Shown: positions 18,450 through 27,443 of the stretch, piece after piece
How positions within the stretch are numbered: the first letter of the stretch is position 1
Layout: each line of letters begins with the position of its first letter
Virus record (IMG/VR): IMGVR_UViG_2531839448_000004
Length of the DNA stretch: 48,406 bases
Reading direction: 5' to 3' (one strand)
Source: a virus
Lineage: Duplodnaviria; Heunggongvirae; Uroviricota; Caudoviricetes
Position numbers and translations under genes: made by a program
The notes under the pieces: generated by a model
Databases searched by the model: none
The model's input: only the letters and a program-made list of their open reading frames with translations
What the model was told of the DNA's origin: nothing

Positions 18450-20549
18450 ATGGGTTTTTCATCAGCCCGAAATTTGGGAAGGGACATATCGGCAGGATTT
18501 TCCCCACCACGTCGCATGCCGATTTCGGAGGCTGTTAAAAAATTCATGCGTGTTCCCAAGGGGGCTGGTAACTCGGTGCCATGGGATCCTGAACTGACAC
18601 CCTACATCATTGAGCCCATGAACTGCCTGGCATCGCGTGAATACGATGCGGTGATTTTTGTTGGTCCTGCGCGAACAGGGAAGACCATTGGTCTGATCGA
18701 TGGATGGATTGTCTATACCATCGTTTGCGATCCTTCGGACATGCTCGTTGTGCAGATGACCGAAGATAAGGCCCGCGAGCATTCTAAAAAGCGCCTCGAC
18801 AGAACGTTCAGAAGCAGTGCGGCGGTAAAGAAAAGAATGAGTCCACGTCGTAACGACAATAATGTCCATGATAAGACGTTCAGGGATGGCTCGTTCCTTA
18901 AAATTGGTTGGCCCTCGGTCAACATTATGTCGTCGTCGGATTACCGGTTTGTCGCCTTAACCGATTACGACCGTTTTCCGGAGAATATCGACAGCGAGGG
19001 TGATGGTTTCTCCCTGGCCTCAAAACGTACCACCACATTTATGTCCGCCGGGATGACTCTGGTGGAGAGCTCGCCGGGACGTGACATCTGCGACAGCAAA
19101 TGGCGACGTAAGTCGCCTCATGAAGCGCCACCGACGACTGGTATTCTTTCCCTTTACAATCGTGGTGACCGCCGCCGCTGGTACTGGTCATGTCCGCACT
19201 GCGGTGAATATTTTCAGCCAGCCATGGATGCCATGACCGGCTACCGTAATGAACCGGATCCCTTTAAAGCCAGTGAGGCGGCGTATCTACTTTGCCCGCA
19301 CTGCAGCGGCATTATCACTGCGGAGAAAAAGCGTGAGCTCAATAGTGCAGGAGTCTGGTTGCGTGAAGGTCAGGTCATTGATCGTAACGGCAACGTTTCC
19401 GGTGAACCGCGCCGCTCCCGTATCGCCAGTTTCTGGATGGAAGGGCCAGCTGCTGCGTATCAGACCTGGGCGCAACTGGTTTACAAATTACTGACTGCAG
19501 AACAGGAGTATGAAGCGACAGGAAGCGAAGAAACACTCAGGGCGGTTATCAACACCGACTGGGGATTGCCTTATCTTCCTCGTGCCAGCATGGAGCAACG
19601 AAAAAGTGAACTGCTTGAGCAGCGGGCAGAGCCAGTTCCTTCCCGCAGTGTGCCGGATGGCATTAATTTCCTTGTGGCGACAGTGGATGTGCAGGCGGGA
19701 CGTCATCGCCGTTTTGTGGTTCAGGTAACGGGCTATGGCAGCCGTGGCGAACGCTGGATTATTGATCGTTACAACATCACGCAGTCATTGCGCGGTGACA
19801 GCGACGGGGAGAGCCAGCGAATTGATCCGGCCAGCTATCCGGAAGACTGGGATGTCCTGCTGACGGATGTTTTTCATAAAAGCTGGCCGCTGGCCTCCGA
19901 TCCTTCTCAACAAATGCGACTGATGGCAATGGCGGTGGACTCCGGCGGTGAAGACGGGGTCACTGATAATGCCTATAAATTCTGGCGTCGTTGCCGTCGT
20001 GATGGCCTTGGTAAACGTATTTACCTGTTTAAGGGCGACAGCATCCGGCGCGCAAAACTGATCACCCGTACATTCCCTGATAACACCGGACGAACGGGCC
20101 GACGGGCGCAGGCCGCAGGTGATGTGCCGCTCTGGCTTCTTCAGACGGATGCACTGAAAGACCGGGTGAATAACGCGTTATGGCGTGACTCGCCAGGTCC
20201 CGGCTATGTGCATTTCCCTGACTGGCTGGGGAGTTGGTTTTACGACGAACTGACGTATGAAGAGCGGAGCAGTGACGGGAAATGGAGTAAGCCAGGTCGC
20301 GGTGCCAACGAAGCTTTTGACCTGATGGTGTATGCCGAGGCTCTGGTCATTCTGCATGGATACGAAAAGATCCGCTGGCCGGATGCACCGGAGTGGGCGA
20401 GCCGGGAAACCTGGCTGGAGTGTGTCCCGGACAGTACCGAACCGTCACCCACACCGGAACCGGTATCCACGCCTGTTAAAAAACAAAAACGGAAGAAAAC
20501 AGTAACTGACGATGTTAACCCCTGGCTGACTTCCGGAGGATGGTTATGA
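18450..20549 (+). CDS. Terminase large subunit (lambda gpA-like)
   Basis: 699 aa; Walker A VGPARTGKT; overall lambda gpA-like sequence. Confidence 0.9.
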   Translation: MGFSSARNLGRDISAGFSPPRRMPISEAVKKFMRVPKGAGNSVPWDPELTPYIIEPMNCLASREYDAVIFVGPARTGKTIGLIDGWIVYTIVCDPSDMLVVQMTEDKAREHSKKRLDRTFRSSAAVKKRMSPRRNDNNVHDKTFRDGSFLKIGWPSVNIMSSSDYRFVALTDYDRFPENIDSEGDGFSLASKRTTTFMSAGMTLVESSPGRDICDSKWRRKSPHEAPPTTGILSLYNRGDRRRWYWSCPHCGEYFQPAMDAMTGYRNEPDPFKASEAAYLLCPHCSGIITAEKKRELNSAGVWLREGQVIDRNGNVSGEPRRSRIASFWMEGPAAAYQTWAQLVYKLLTAEQEYEATGSEETLRAVINTDWGLPYLPRASMEQRKSELLEQRAEPVPSRSVPDGINFLVATVDVQAGRHRRFVVQVTGYGSRGERWIIDRYNITQSLRGDSDGESQRIDPASYPEDWDVLLTDVFHKSWPLASDPSQQMRLMAMAVDSGGEDGVTDNAYKFWRRCRRDGLGKRIYLFKGDSIRRAKLITRTFPDNTGRTGRRAQAAGDVPLWLLQTDALKDRVNNALWRDSPGPGYVHFPDWLGSWFYDELTYEERSSDGKWSKPGRGANEAFDLMVYAEALVILHGYEKIRWPDAPEWASRETWLECVPDSTEPSPTPEPVSTPVKKQKRKKTVTDDVNPWLTSGGWL

Positions 20550-20758
20550 ACCAGAATGATATCGAAGCCATGATTCAGCGTTATACGGAAGCTGAAATGG
20601 CGGTGCTGGACGGAAAATCCGTCACCTTTAATGGTCAGCAGATGACCATGGAAAACTTATCTGAGATCCGGCAGGGGCGGCAGGAGTGGGAGCGCCGCCT
20701 TGCGGCTCTGATTACACGACGACGGGGGCATCCCGGGTACCGGCTGGCGAGGTTCTGA
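20540..20758 (+). CDS. Head-tail joining protein gpW-like
   Basis: 72-aa ORF between terminase and portal; C-terminal ...RRRGHPGY resembles lambda W ...RRRGPAGF. Confidence 0.65.
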   Translation: MVMNQNDIEAMIQRYTEAEMAVLDGKSVTFNGQQMTMENLSEIRQGRQEWERRLAALITRRRGHPGYRLARF

Positions 20759-22233
20759 TGGCAATTCTTGATGATGTGATTGGCGTTTTTTCACCAGGAT
20801 GGAAAGCGGCAAGGCTGCGTTCCCGTGCGGTGATCCAGGCTTATGAGGCCGTAAAAACGACGCGGACACACAAAGCCCGGCGGGAAAACCGAACTGCCGA
20901 CCAGTTAAGCCAGTACGGGGCCGTGTCGTTACGTGAGCAGGCCCGTTACCTTGATAACAACCACGATCTGGTCATTGGTGTATTTGACAAGCTGGAAGAA
21001 CGGGTGGTGGGGAAAAACGGGATTATTGTCGAGCCACATCCGGTATTACGCAATGGGGCCATTGCCCGTGACCTGGCTGCGGAGATTCGCATCCGATGGA
21101 GTGAATGGTCTGTCAGCCCGGAAGTCACCGGGCAGTTTACCCGTCCGATGCTGGAACGTCTGATGCTGCGTACCTGGCTGCGCGATGGTGAGGTGTTTGC
21201 CCAGATGGTTTCCGGGCGCATAAACAGCCTGACGCCTTCTGCCGGTGTTCATTTCTGGCTGGAGGCACTCGAGCCGGACTTTATTCCCATGACCAGTGAT
21301 GAGAGCAACAGGCTGAATCAGGGCGTGTTTGTTGATGACTGGGGGCGTCCCGAAAAATATCTGGTGTATAAAAGTCGTCCCGTATCCGGACGGCAGATGG
21401 AAACCAAAGAAGTGGATGCAGAGCGAATGCTGCATCTTAAATTTGTTCGCCGTCTGCACCAGATGCGCGGGACGTCTTTGTTGTCCGGTGTGCTGATCCG
21501 CCTCAGTGCCCTGAAAGAGTATGAAGATTCTGAGCTGACTGCAGCAAGGATCGCCGCTGCTCTGGGGATGTACATCCGGAAAGGCGACGGGCAGAGCTAT
21601 GAACCGGATGGTAATGGCAGCAAGGATAAGGAACGCGAGCTTACCATTCAGCCAGGCATTATTTACGACGATCTGAAACCCGGCGAAGAAATCGGAATGG
21701 TGAAGTCGGATCGTCCCAATCCTAACCTTGAAACTTTTCGTAATGGTCAGTTGCGTGCCGTGGCGGCGGGCAGTCGTCTGAGTTTTTCCAGTACGGCACG
21801 CAACTATAACGGCACTTACAGCGCCCAGCGTCAGGAGCTGGTTGAATCCACTGATGGCTACCTGATCCTGCAGGACTGGTTTATTGGTGCCGTCACCCGC
21901 CCGATGTATCGTGCCTGGCTGAAACAGGCTGTGGCATCCGGTGTTATCAGGCTACCCCGCGATCTTGACCGTTCTTCACTGTATACCGCGGTGTATTCCG
22001 GACCGGTGATGCCGTGGATTGACCCTGTTAAGGAGGCTGAGGCCTGGAAAATTCAGATTCGTGGTGGAGCGGCGACAGAATCAGACTGGGTACGTGCAGG
22101 TGGTCGTAATCCGGATGATGTCAAACGTCGGCGCAAGGCCGAAATTGATGAAAACCGCAAGCTGGATCTGGTATTTGATACCGATCCGGCCAGTGATAAA
22201 GGAGGCAGCAGTGCCGCAACGAAACGACAGTAG
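20758..22233 (+). CDS. Portal protein (lambda gpB-like)
   Basis: ATG at 20758 overlapping the W stop; 491 aa; position and size. Confidence 0.85.
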   Translation: MAILDDVIGVFSPGWKAARLRSRAVIQAYEAVKTTRTHKARRENRTADQLSQYGAVSLREQARYLDNNHDLVIGVFDKLEERVVGKNGIIVEPHPVLRNGAIARDLAAEIRIRWSEWSVSPEVTGQFTRPMLERLMLRTWLRDGEVFAQMVSGRINSLTPSAGVHFWLEALEPDFIPMTSDESNRLNQGVFVDDWGRPEKYLVYKSRPVSGRQMETKEVDAERMLHLKFVRRLHQMRGTSLLSGVLIRLSALKEYEDSELTAARIAAALGMYIRKGDGQSYEPDGNGSKDKERELTIQPGIIYDDLKPGEEIGMVKSDRPNPNLETFRNGQLRAVAAGSRLSFSSTARNYNGTYSAQRQELVESTDGYLILQDWFIGAVTRPMYRAWLKQAVASGVIRLPRDLDRSSLYTAVYSGPVMPWIDPVKEAEAWKIQIRGGAATESDWVRAGGRNPDDVKRRRKAEIDENRKLDLVFDTDPASDKGGSSAATKRQ

Positions 22234-24238
22234 CCGCAGCACACCGACGACCAGTCCGAAGAATAATTCCTGGTTCAGGATGCAGGCTGGTCACCAGAGT
22301 GACGCGGATATTTATATTTATGACGAGATTGGTTTCTGGGGTGTTACAGCGAAGCAGTTTATCAGTGATCTGAATGCACTGGGCGATATCACCCACATTA
22401 ATCTCCATATCAATTCACCGGGTGGCGATGTCTTTGAAGGCATCGCCATTTTTAATGCACTGAAAACACATGGTGCGTCCATTACCGTTTATGTCGACGG
22501 TGTGGCGGCGTCAATGGCGTCGGTCATTGCGATGGTGGGAAACCCGGTCATTATGCCGGAAAACTCCTTCATGATGATTCATAAACCATTTGGCTTTACG
22601 GGCGGTGATGCGGAGGACATGCGCACCTATGCCGACCTGCTCGATAAAGTTGAGGCGGTTCTGTTACCCGCTTATGCACAGAAAACCGGGAAAACCACCG
22701 ATGAAATTGCTGCCATGCTGGCGGATGAGACCTGGATGTCCGGTGCCGAATGTCTGGCACAGGGATTTGCTGATCAGGTGACACCAGCCGTTAAGGCAAT
22801 GGCATGTATTCAGTCAAAACGTACAGAGGAATTTAAAAAGATGCCGGAATCCATTCGAAACATGATTACTCCGCCACGCAACAGTGCTCCACGCGTACAG
22901 GATGATGAACCTGCAGCCTCCCGGACGCCAGTGCAGGCAGCAGCACCCGTGGTGGATGAAAACAGTATCCGTGCGCAGGTACTGGCAGAGCAAAAAGCGC
23001 GTGTAAACGGTATTAATGATCTGTTTGCCATGTTTGGCGGGCGTTATCAGATGCTGCAGGCCCAGTGTCTTGCCGATCCTGAATGTTCGCTGGAGCAGGC
23101 CCGTGAAAAGCTGTTGAACGAGATGGGGCGCGAGTCCACGCCATCCAATAAAAATACCCCGGCTCATATTTATGCCGGTAACGGTAATTTTGTGGGGGAC
23201 GGGATCCGCCAGGCGCTGATGGCGCGTGCCGGATTTGAAAAAACCGAACGTGATAATGTCTACAACGGGATGACCCTGCGTGAATATGCCCGTATGTCAC
23301 TAACTGAACGGGGTATTGGGGTTTCCGGTTATAACCCGATGCAGATGGTCGGTGCGGCGTTCACACACAGTACGTCTGACTTCGGTAATATTCTGCTGGA
23401 TGTTGCGAACAAAGCCATTCTGCAGGGCTGGGAAGATGCCCCTGAAACCTATGAACAGTGGACGCGGAAAGGTCAGTTGTCTGATTTTAAAATTGCCCAT
23501 CGTGTGGGTATGGGTGGCTTCAGTGCTCTGCGTCAGGTGCGTGAAGGGGCGGAATATAAATACGTCACCACCGGAGATAAACAGGCCACTATTGCACTGG
23601 CGACCTATGGCGAGCTGTTCAGTATCACCCGTCAGGCCATTATCAATGATGATCTGAATATGCTGACCGATGTCCCGATGAAACTGGGCCGTGCGGCGAA
23701 ATCCACCATTGCCGATCTGGTTTATGCCATTCTGACGTCTAACCCGAAAATCTCCACAGATAATGTAAGTCTGTTCGATAAAGCGAAACATGCAAACGTA
23801 CTGGAGAGCGCTGCAATGGACGTGGCATCGCTGGATAAAGCCCGCCAGTTGATGCGCGTTCAGAAAGAGGGGGAGCGTCATCTGAATATTCGTCCTGCGT
23901 TCGTACTGGTACCGACGGCGATGGAGTCTGTTGCTAACCAGGTCATTCGCTCCTCAAGTGTCAAGGGGGCTGACATTAACGCCGGTATTATTAACCCGGT
24001 GAAAGATTTTGCGACCGTTATTGCAGAGCCTCGTCTTGATGATAACAGCCAGACCACCTTCTACCTGGCTGCGTCAAAAGGCTCCGATACGATTGAAGTG
24101 GCTTATCTCAACGGTGTGGATACGCCATATATTGATCAGATGGAGGGCTTCAGTGTGGATGGCGTGACAACGAAAGTGCGTATTGACGCCGGTGTCGCGC
24201 CAGTTGATCACCGCGGTCTGGTGAAATGTACGGCGTAA
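22211..24238 (+). CDS. Prohead protease (ClpP/S14-like) fused to scaffold-like linker and HK97-fold major capsid protein
   Basis: GTG start after AAGGAGG; N-terminal ClpP-like region (INSPGGDVFEGIAIFNALK...), central Ala/Gln-rich region, C-terminal capsid-like region; strong terminator downstream. Confidence 0.75.
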   Translation: MPQRNDSSRSTPTTSPKNNSWFRMQAGHQSDADIYIYDEIGFWGVTAKQFISDLNALGDITHINLHINSPGGDVFEGIAIFNALKTHGASITVYVDGVAASMASVIAMVGNPVIMPENSFMMIHKPFGFTGGDAEDMRTYADLLDKVEAVLLPAYAQKTGKTTDEIAAMLADETWMSGAECLAQGFADQVTPAVKAMACIQSKRTEEFKKMPESIRNMITPPRNSAPRVQDDEPAASRTPVQAAAPVVDENSIRAQVLAEQKARVNGINDLFAMFGGRYQMLQAQCLADPECSLEQAREKLLNEMGRESTPSNKNTPAHIYAGNGNFVGDGIRQALMARAGFEKTERDNVYNGMTLREYARMSLTERGIGVSGYNPMQMVGAAFTHSTSDFGNILLDVANKAILQGWEDAPETYEQWTRKGQLSDFKIAHRVGMGGFSALRQVREGAEYKYVTTGDKQATIALATYGELFSITRQAIINDDLNMLTDVPMKLGRAAKSTIADLVYAILTSNPKISTDNVSLFDKAKHANVLESAAMDVASLDKARQLMRVQKEGERHLNIRPAFVLVPTAMESVANQVIRSSSVKGADINAGIINPVKDFATVIAEPRLDDNSQTTFYLAASKGSDTIEVAYLNGVDTPYIDQMEGFSVDGVTTKVRIDAGVAPVDHRGLVKCTA

Positions 24239-24260
24239 ACGTCGCAGACAACAATTCTGA

Positions 24261-24285
24261 TGGCCCGTAAGGGCTTTTTTTGTAC
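24261..24285 (+). terminator. Intrinsic terminator after the capsid gene
   Basis: tGGCCCgtaaGGGCttttttt. Confidence 0.65.
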
Positions 24286-24324
24286 CTGAAATCAGCCCCT
24301 GAACGGGGCTGTGCGGAGACAGTT

Positions 24325-24648
24325 ATGGCAAAGAATTTTGTAGAAGAAGGAAAAACGGTGGCGATTGTTGCCAGTGCAGCCATCAGCAGCGGAGACCTGG
24401 TGCAGGTGGGTGATGTTTTTGCGGTGGCGCTGACCGATATTCCACAGGGTGAAACAGGCGACGTCCTGACCGAAGGTGTGTTTATGCTGCCTAAGCTGAA
24501 AACGGATGACATGAAAACGGGTAAGAAGGTTTATCTGAAGTCCGGAAAAGTTCAGCTGACTAACAGCGGCTCTGATCCGCTGGTCGGGGTTGTCTGGGCA
24601 GATGCCGGAACCAGTGCAGAAGAAGTGCCGGTAAAACTCAATGTCTGA
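24325..24648 (+). CDS. Small head-associated protein (lambda Fi/decoration-like by position)
   Basis: 107-codon ORF from MAKNFVEEGKT...; located between capsid and FII-like genes. Confidence 0.45.
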   Translation: MAKNFVEEGKTVAIVASAAISSGDLVQVGDVFAVALTDIPQGETGDVLTEGVFMLPKLKTDDMKTGKKVYLKSGKVQLTNSGSDPLVGVVWADAGTSAEEVPVKLNV

Positions 24649-24916
24649 TCCCTTTTCCCGGCTGGCAGCGCGTATGGATGCGATCACGGTCAGAAAGATG
24701 GGAAAGACAGCCTCGATTAATGATGTCGATATGACTGTGATCCCGGGAGAAACACTGGCAGAGCTGAATGCTCTGTCCGGACCTGCGGTCTCTCTGGTGG
24801 TGTTTTCTTCGGGATACCGCCCACGGCGCGGGGATCGCGTTGTTTATGACGGACAACATTGGACGGTCACACGGCATGAACGCTTTAACGGTAAGCCAAT
24901 GATCTTTATTGAGTAA
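24641..24916 (+). CDS. Head-tail connector gpFII-like
   Basis: ...RRGDRVVYDGQHWTVTRHERFNGKPMIFIE resembles the lambda FII C-terminal part; position before Z. Confidence 0.6.
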   Translation: MSDPFSRLAARMDAITVRKMGKTASINDVDMTVIPGETLAELNALSGPAVSLVVFSSGYRPRRGDRVVYDGQHWTVTRHERFNGKPMIFIE

Positions 24917-24927
24917 AGAGGTGTGGG

Positions 24928-25506
24928 ATGAAGGGGCTTGAGAATGCCATCCGCAATCTGAACAGCCTTGATACCCGTATGGTGCCACAGGCCAGCGCAT
25001 GGGCGATAAACCGTGTGGCACAGAAAGCGGTCTCGGTTGCCACCCGGCAGGTTGCCGGGAATACCGTTGCGGGAGATAACCAGGTGAAAGGGATACCCCT
25101 GAAACTGGTACGTCAGCGTGTCCGGGTGTTTAAAGCCAGTCCGTCAGGAAAAATGACGGCCAGGATCCGCGTTAACCGGGGCAATCTGCCTGCCATTAAG
25201 CTGGGGACCGCCCGGGTCAGACTGGCCCGGCGTGGTGGAAAACTGCAGTACCGTGGCAGTGTGCTGAAGGTGGGTAAATATCTTTTCCGGGATGCGTTTA
25301 TTCAGCAACTGGCGAATGGTCGCTGGCATGTGATGCGGCGTATTGATGGCAAAAATCGTTACCCCATTGATGTGGTGAAAATCCCGCTGTCCGGACCGCT
25401 GACACAGGCATTTGAAGATGCCCGCGACCACATCATTGCTGCGGAAATGCCGAAACAGCTGGGGTATGCACTGAAACAACAACTGAGGTTATGGCTGACC
25501 CGATGA
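24928..25506 (+). CDS. Tail completion protein gpZ-like
   Basis: MKGLENAIRNLNSL...LANGRWHVMRRIDGKNRYPIDVVKIPLSGPLTQAF...; 192 aa as lambda Z, with shared motifs. Confidence 0.85.
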   Translation: MKGLENAIRNLNSLDTRMVPQASAWAINRVAQKAVSVATRQVAGNTVAGDNQVKGIPLKLVRQRVRVFKASPSGKMTARIRVNRGNLPAIKLGTARVRLARRGGKLQYRGSVLKVGKYLFRDAFIQQLANGRWHVMRRIDGKNRYPIDVVKIPLSGPLTQAFEDARDHIIAAEMPKQLGYALKQQLRLWLTR

Positions 25507-25904
25507 ACCGACATACACAAATCCGCCAGGCCGTACTGGCACGCCTTCGGGAACAGTGTGGAGACAGCGCCACGTTTTTTGACGGGCTTCCGGCATTTAT
25601 TGATGCGCAGGAACTGCCTGCCGTGGCGGTGTGGCTGAGTGATGCTCAGTACACCGGAAAAATGACGGATGAAGATGACTGGCAGGCTGTTCTGCATATT
25701 GCCGTCTTCATCCGGGCACAGGCACCGGATTCAGAGCTGGATATGTGGATGGAGAGCACCATTTTCCCTGCCCTGAATGATATACCGGCACTTTCCGGAC
25801 TCATCGACACCCTGATCCCACTCGGTTTTAACTATCAACGTGATAATGAGATGGCCACCTGGGCGATGGCGGAAATCACGTACCAGATCACGTACACGAA
25901 TTAA
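25491..25904 (+). CDS. Tail terminator gpU-like
   Basis: ...ATFFDGLPAFIDAQELPAVAVWLSDAQYTGK...QAPDSELDMWMESTIFPALNDIPALSGLI... matches lambda U blocks. Confidence 0.85.
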   Translation: MADPMNRHTQIRQAVLARLREQCGDSATFFDGLPAFIDAQELPAVAVWLSDAQYTGKMTDEDDWQAVLHIAVFIRAQAPDSELDMWMESTIFPALNDIPALSGLIDTLIPLGFNYQRDNEMATWAMAEITYQITYTN

Positions 25905-25915
25905 GGAGGTGGTAA

Positions 25916-26658
25916 TGACCACACCAAATCCACTGGCAAAGACGAAAGGTGCGGGGACGACGTTCTGGATGTATACCGGCAACGGCGATGCGTTTGCGAA
26001 CCCTTTGTCGGACACTGACTGGCTGCGTCTTGCGATGGTGAAGGATCTGCAACCTGGCGAAATGACCGCTGATGCAGAAGATGACACTTATCTCGATGAT
26101 GAAGATGCAGACTGGAAAACGACAACCCAGGGGCAGAAATCCGTTGGTGATACTTCGGCGACGCTGGCCTGGCGTCCGGGTGACAGCGGGCAGAAAAAAC
26201 TGGTTCAGTTGTTCGACTCCGGTGAAGTCTGCGCGTTTCGTATCAAATATCCCAACGGCACTGTTGATGTTTTCCGTGGCTGGCTGAGCTCACTGGGTAA
26301 AACCATTGCCTCAAAAGACGTGATGACCCGCACTGTGAAAATCAGCGGTGTGGGGCGTCCGTATCTGGCAGAGGAAGGCACTGAAACCGTGAGCGTTACC
26401 GGGCTGACAGTATCACCGGCGTCTGCCAGTGTAAAAGTGGGAGCAACCACCACGCTGACCTTTACAGTAAAACCTGACGGAGCCAGTGACAAAGCGATCA
26501 GTGTGCATTCGTCAGATCCACAGACTGCCACGGTGACCCTGAACGGGCTTGTAGCCACGGTGAAAGGCGTGAAGCAGGGCAGTGTCAGCATTGTGGGCAT
26601 GACCGCTGACGGGAATTTTGTGGCTGTGGCTGCGGTGACTGTCAGCGCAGCAGGTTAA
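25916..26658 (+). CDS. Major tail protein gpV-like with C-terminal Ig-like domain
   Basis: MTTPNPLAKTKGAGTTFWMYTGNGDAFANPLSDTDWLRLAMVKDL... matches the lambda V N-terminus; C-terminal Ig-like region TVSPASASVKVGATTTLTFTVKPDG. Confidence 0.9.
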
Positions 26659-26678
26659 CAGGACGATACTCATCATTT

Positions 26679-26702
26679 GCCCCGGTTATTCGGGGCTTTT
26701 TT
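26679..26702 (+). terminator. Intrinsic terminator-like hairpin between V and G
   Basis: GCCCCggttattcGGGGCtttttt. Confidence 0.55.
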
Positions 26703-26715
26703 GCAGGTGGAGAAC

Positions 26716-27105
26716 ATGATGTTTCTGAAACAGGACACGTTTAATTATGAAAAACAGTCCGTGGTGCTCAGTGAGCTGTCCGGGCTGCAGAGAATTGAAT
26801 ATCTGACGTTTGTTCAGCAGCGAACGGCAAAGTTTGATGCCGGGGAGGGAGAACTGCCGGAGGCTGAACGACAGATTGCTTTTCTGCGGATGGGGATGGA
26901 TATCAATGCCTGGCTGGTTTCCCGCTCACTGTGGAATGCGGAACAGTCTCAGGATGTTGAGACGCTTTACGCATCCGTTATTACAACATGGTCGTATGAT
27001 GCCCTGGGTGCGGGGGCAGAGATGGTTCTGTCGCTGAGCGGTATGGGAGCCATTGAGAATGCCGGGGATTTGGAGCATGAGGTGCTGACGCCGGAAAAGT
27101 CCTGA
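26716..27105 (+). CDS. Tail assembly chaperone gpG-like
   Basis: MMFLKQDTFNYEKQSVVLSELSGLQRIEYL... resembles lambda G (MFLKTESFEH...TVTLSELSALQRIEHL). Confidence 0.8.
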   Translation: MMFLKQDTFNYEKQSVVLSELSGLQRIEYLTFVQQRTAKFDAGEGELPEAERQIAFLRMGMDINAWLVSRSLWNAEQSQDVETLYASVITTWSYDALGAGAEMVLSLSGMGAIENAGDLEHEVLTPEKS

Positions 27106-27443
27106 CGCGGGAAATGCAGTTTGTCATGCGGCTTGCCCGGGAGTTCCGGCGGGCAGACTGGCGGCGGATGCTGTCGGAAATGTCGGCCACTGAGCTTGGT
27201 GAGTGGGGTGATTATTTCCGGATGCAGAGCTTCAGTGATGTGTGGATGGATGCGCAGTTTGCCTCGCTGAAGGCATTGATCGTGAGAATGGTGTCCGGCA
27301 GCAGTGATGCTGCGGTGGCTGATTTCAGCCTTTTACCGGAAGAGAACGGGATACCGGAGCGAACGGACGAAGAACTGATGCATCTTGGGGAAGGTATTTC
27401 CGGAGGTGTGCGTTATGGACCAGATAGCCAACCTGGTCATTGA
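27096..27443 (+). CDS. gpT-like segment, expected to be made only as a G-T fusion by -1 frameshifting near the end of G
   Basis: Open -1 frame overlapping the G terminus; A-rich slip-prone sequence CCGGAAAAG at 27091-27099 just before the G stop (27103-27105). Confidence 0.6.
   Translation, partial: KVLTREMQFVMRLAREFRRADWRRMLSEMSATELGEWGDYFRMQSFSDVWMDAQFASLKALIVRMVSGSSDAAVADFSLLPEENGIPERTDEELMHLGEGISGGVRYGPDSQPGH

Noticed and set aside
23300-23881. 193-codon ORF antisense to the capsid gene
   Set aside because: Embedded in the protease-capsid gene on the opposite strand; considered spurious.
27114-27443. Track ORF suggesting an independent T gene starting at ATG 27114
   Set aside because: By analogy with lambda, this frame is expressed as the C-terminal part of a G-T frameshift fusion; the ATG is an internal Met and lacks a ribosome-binding site.
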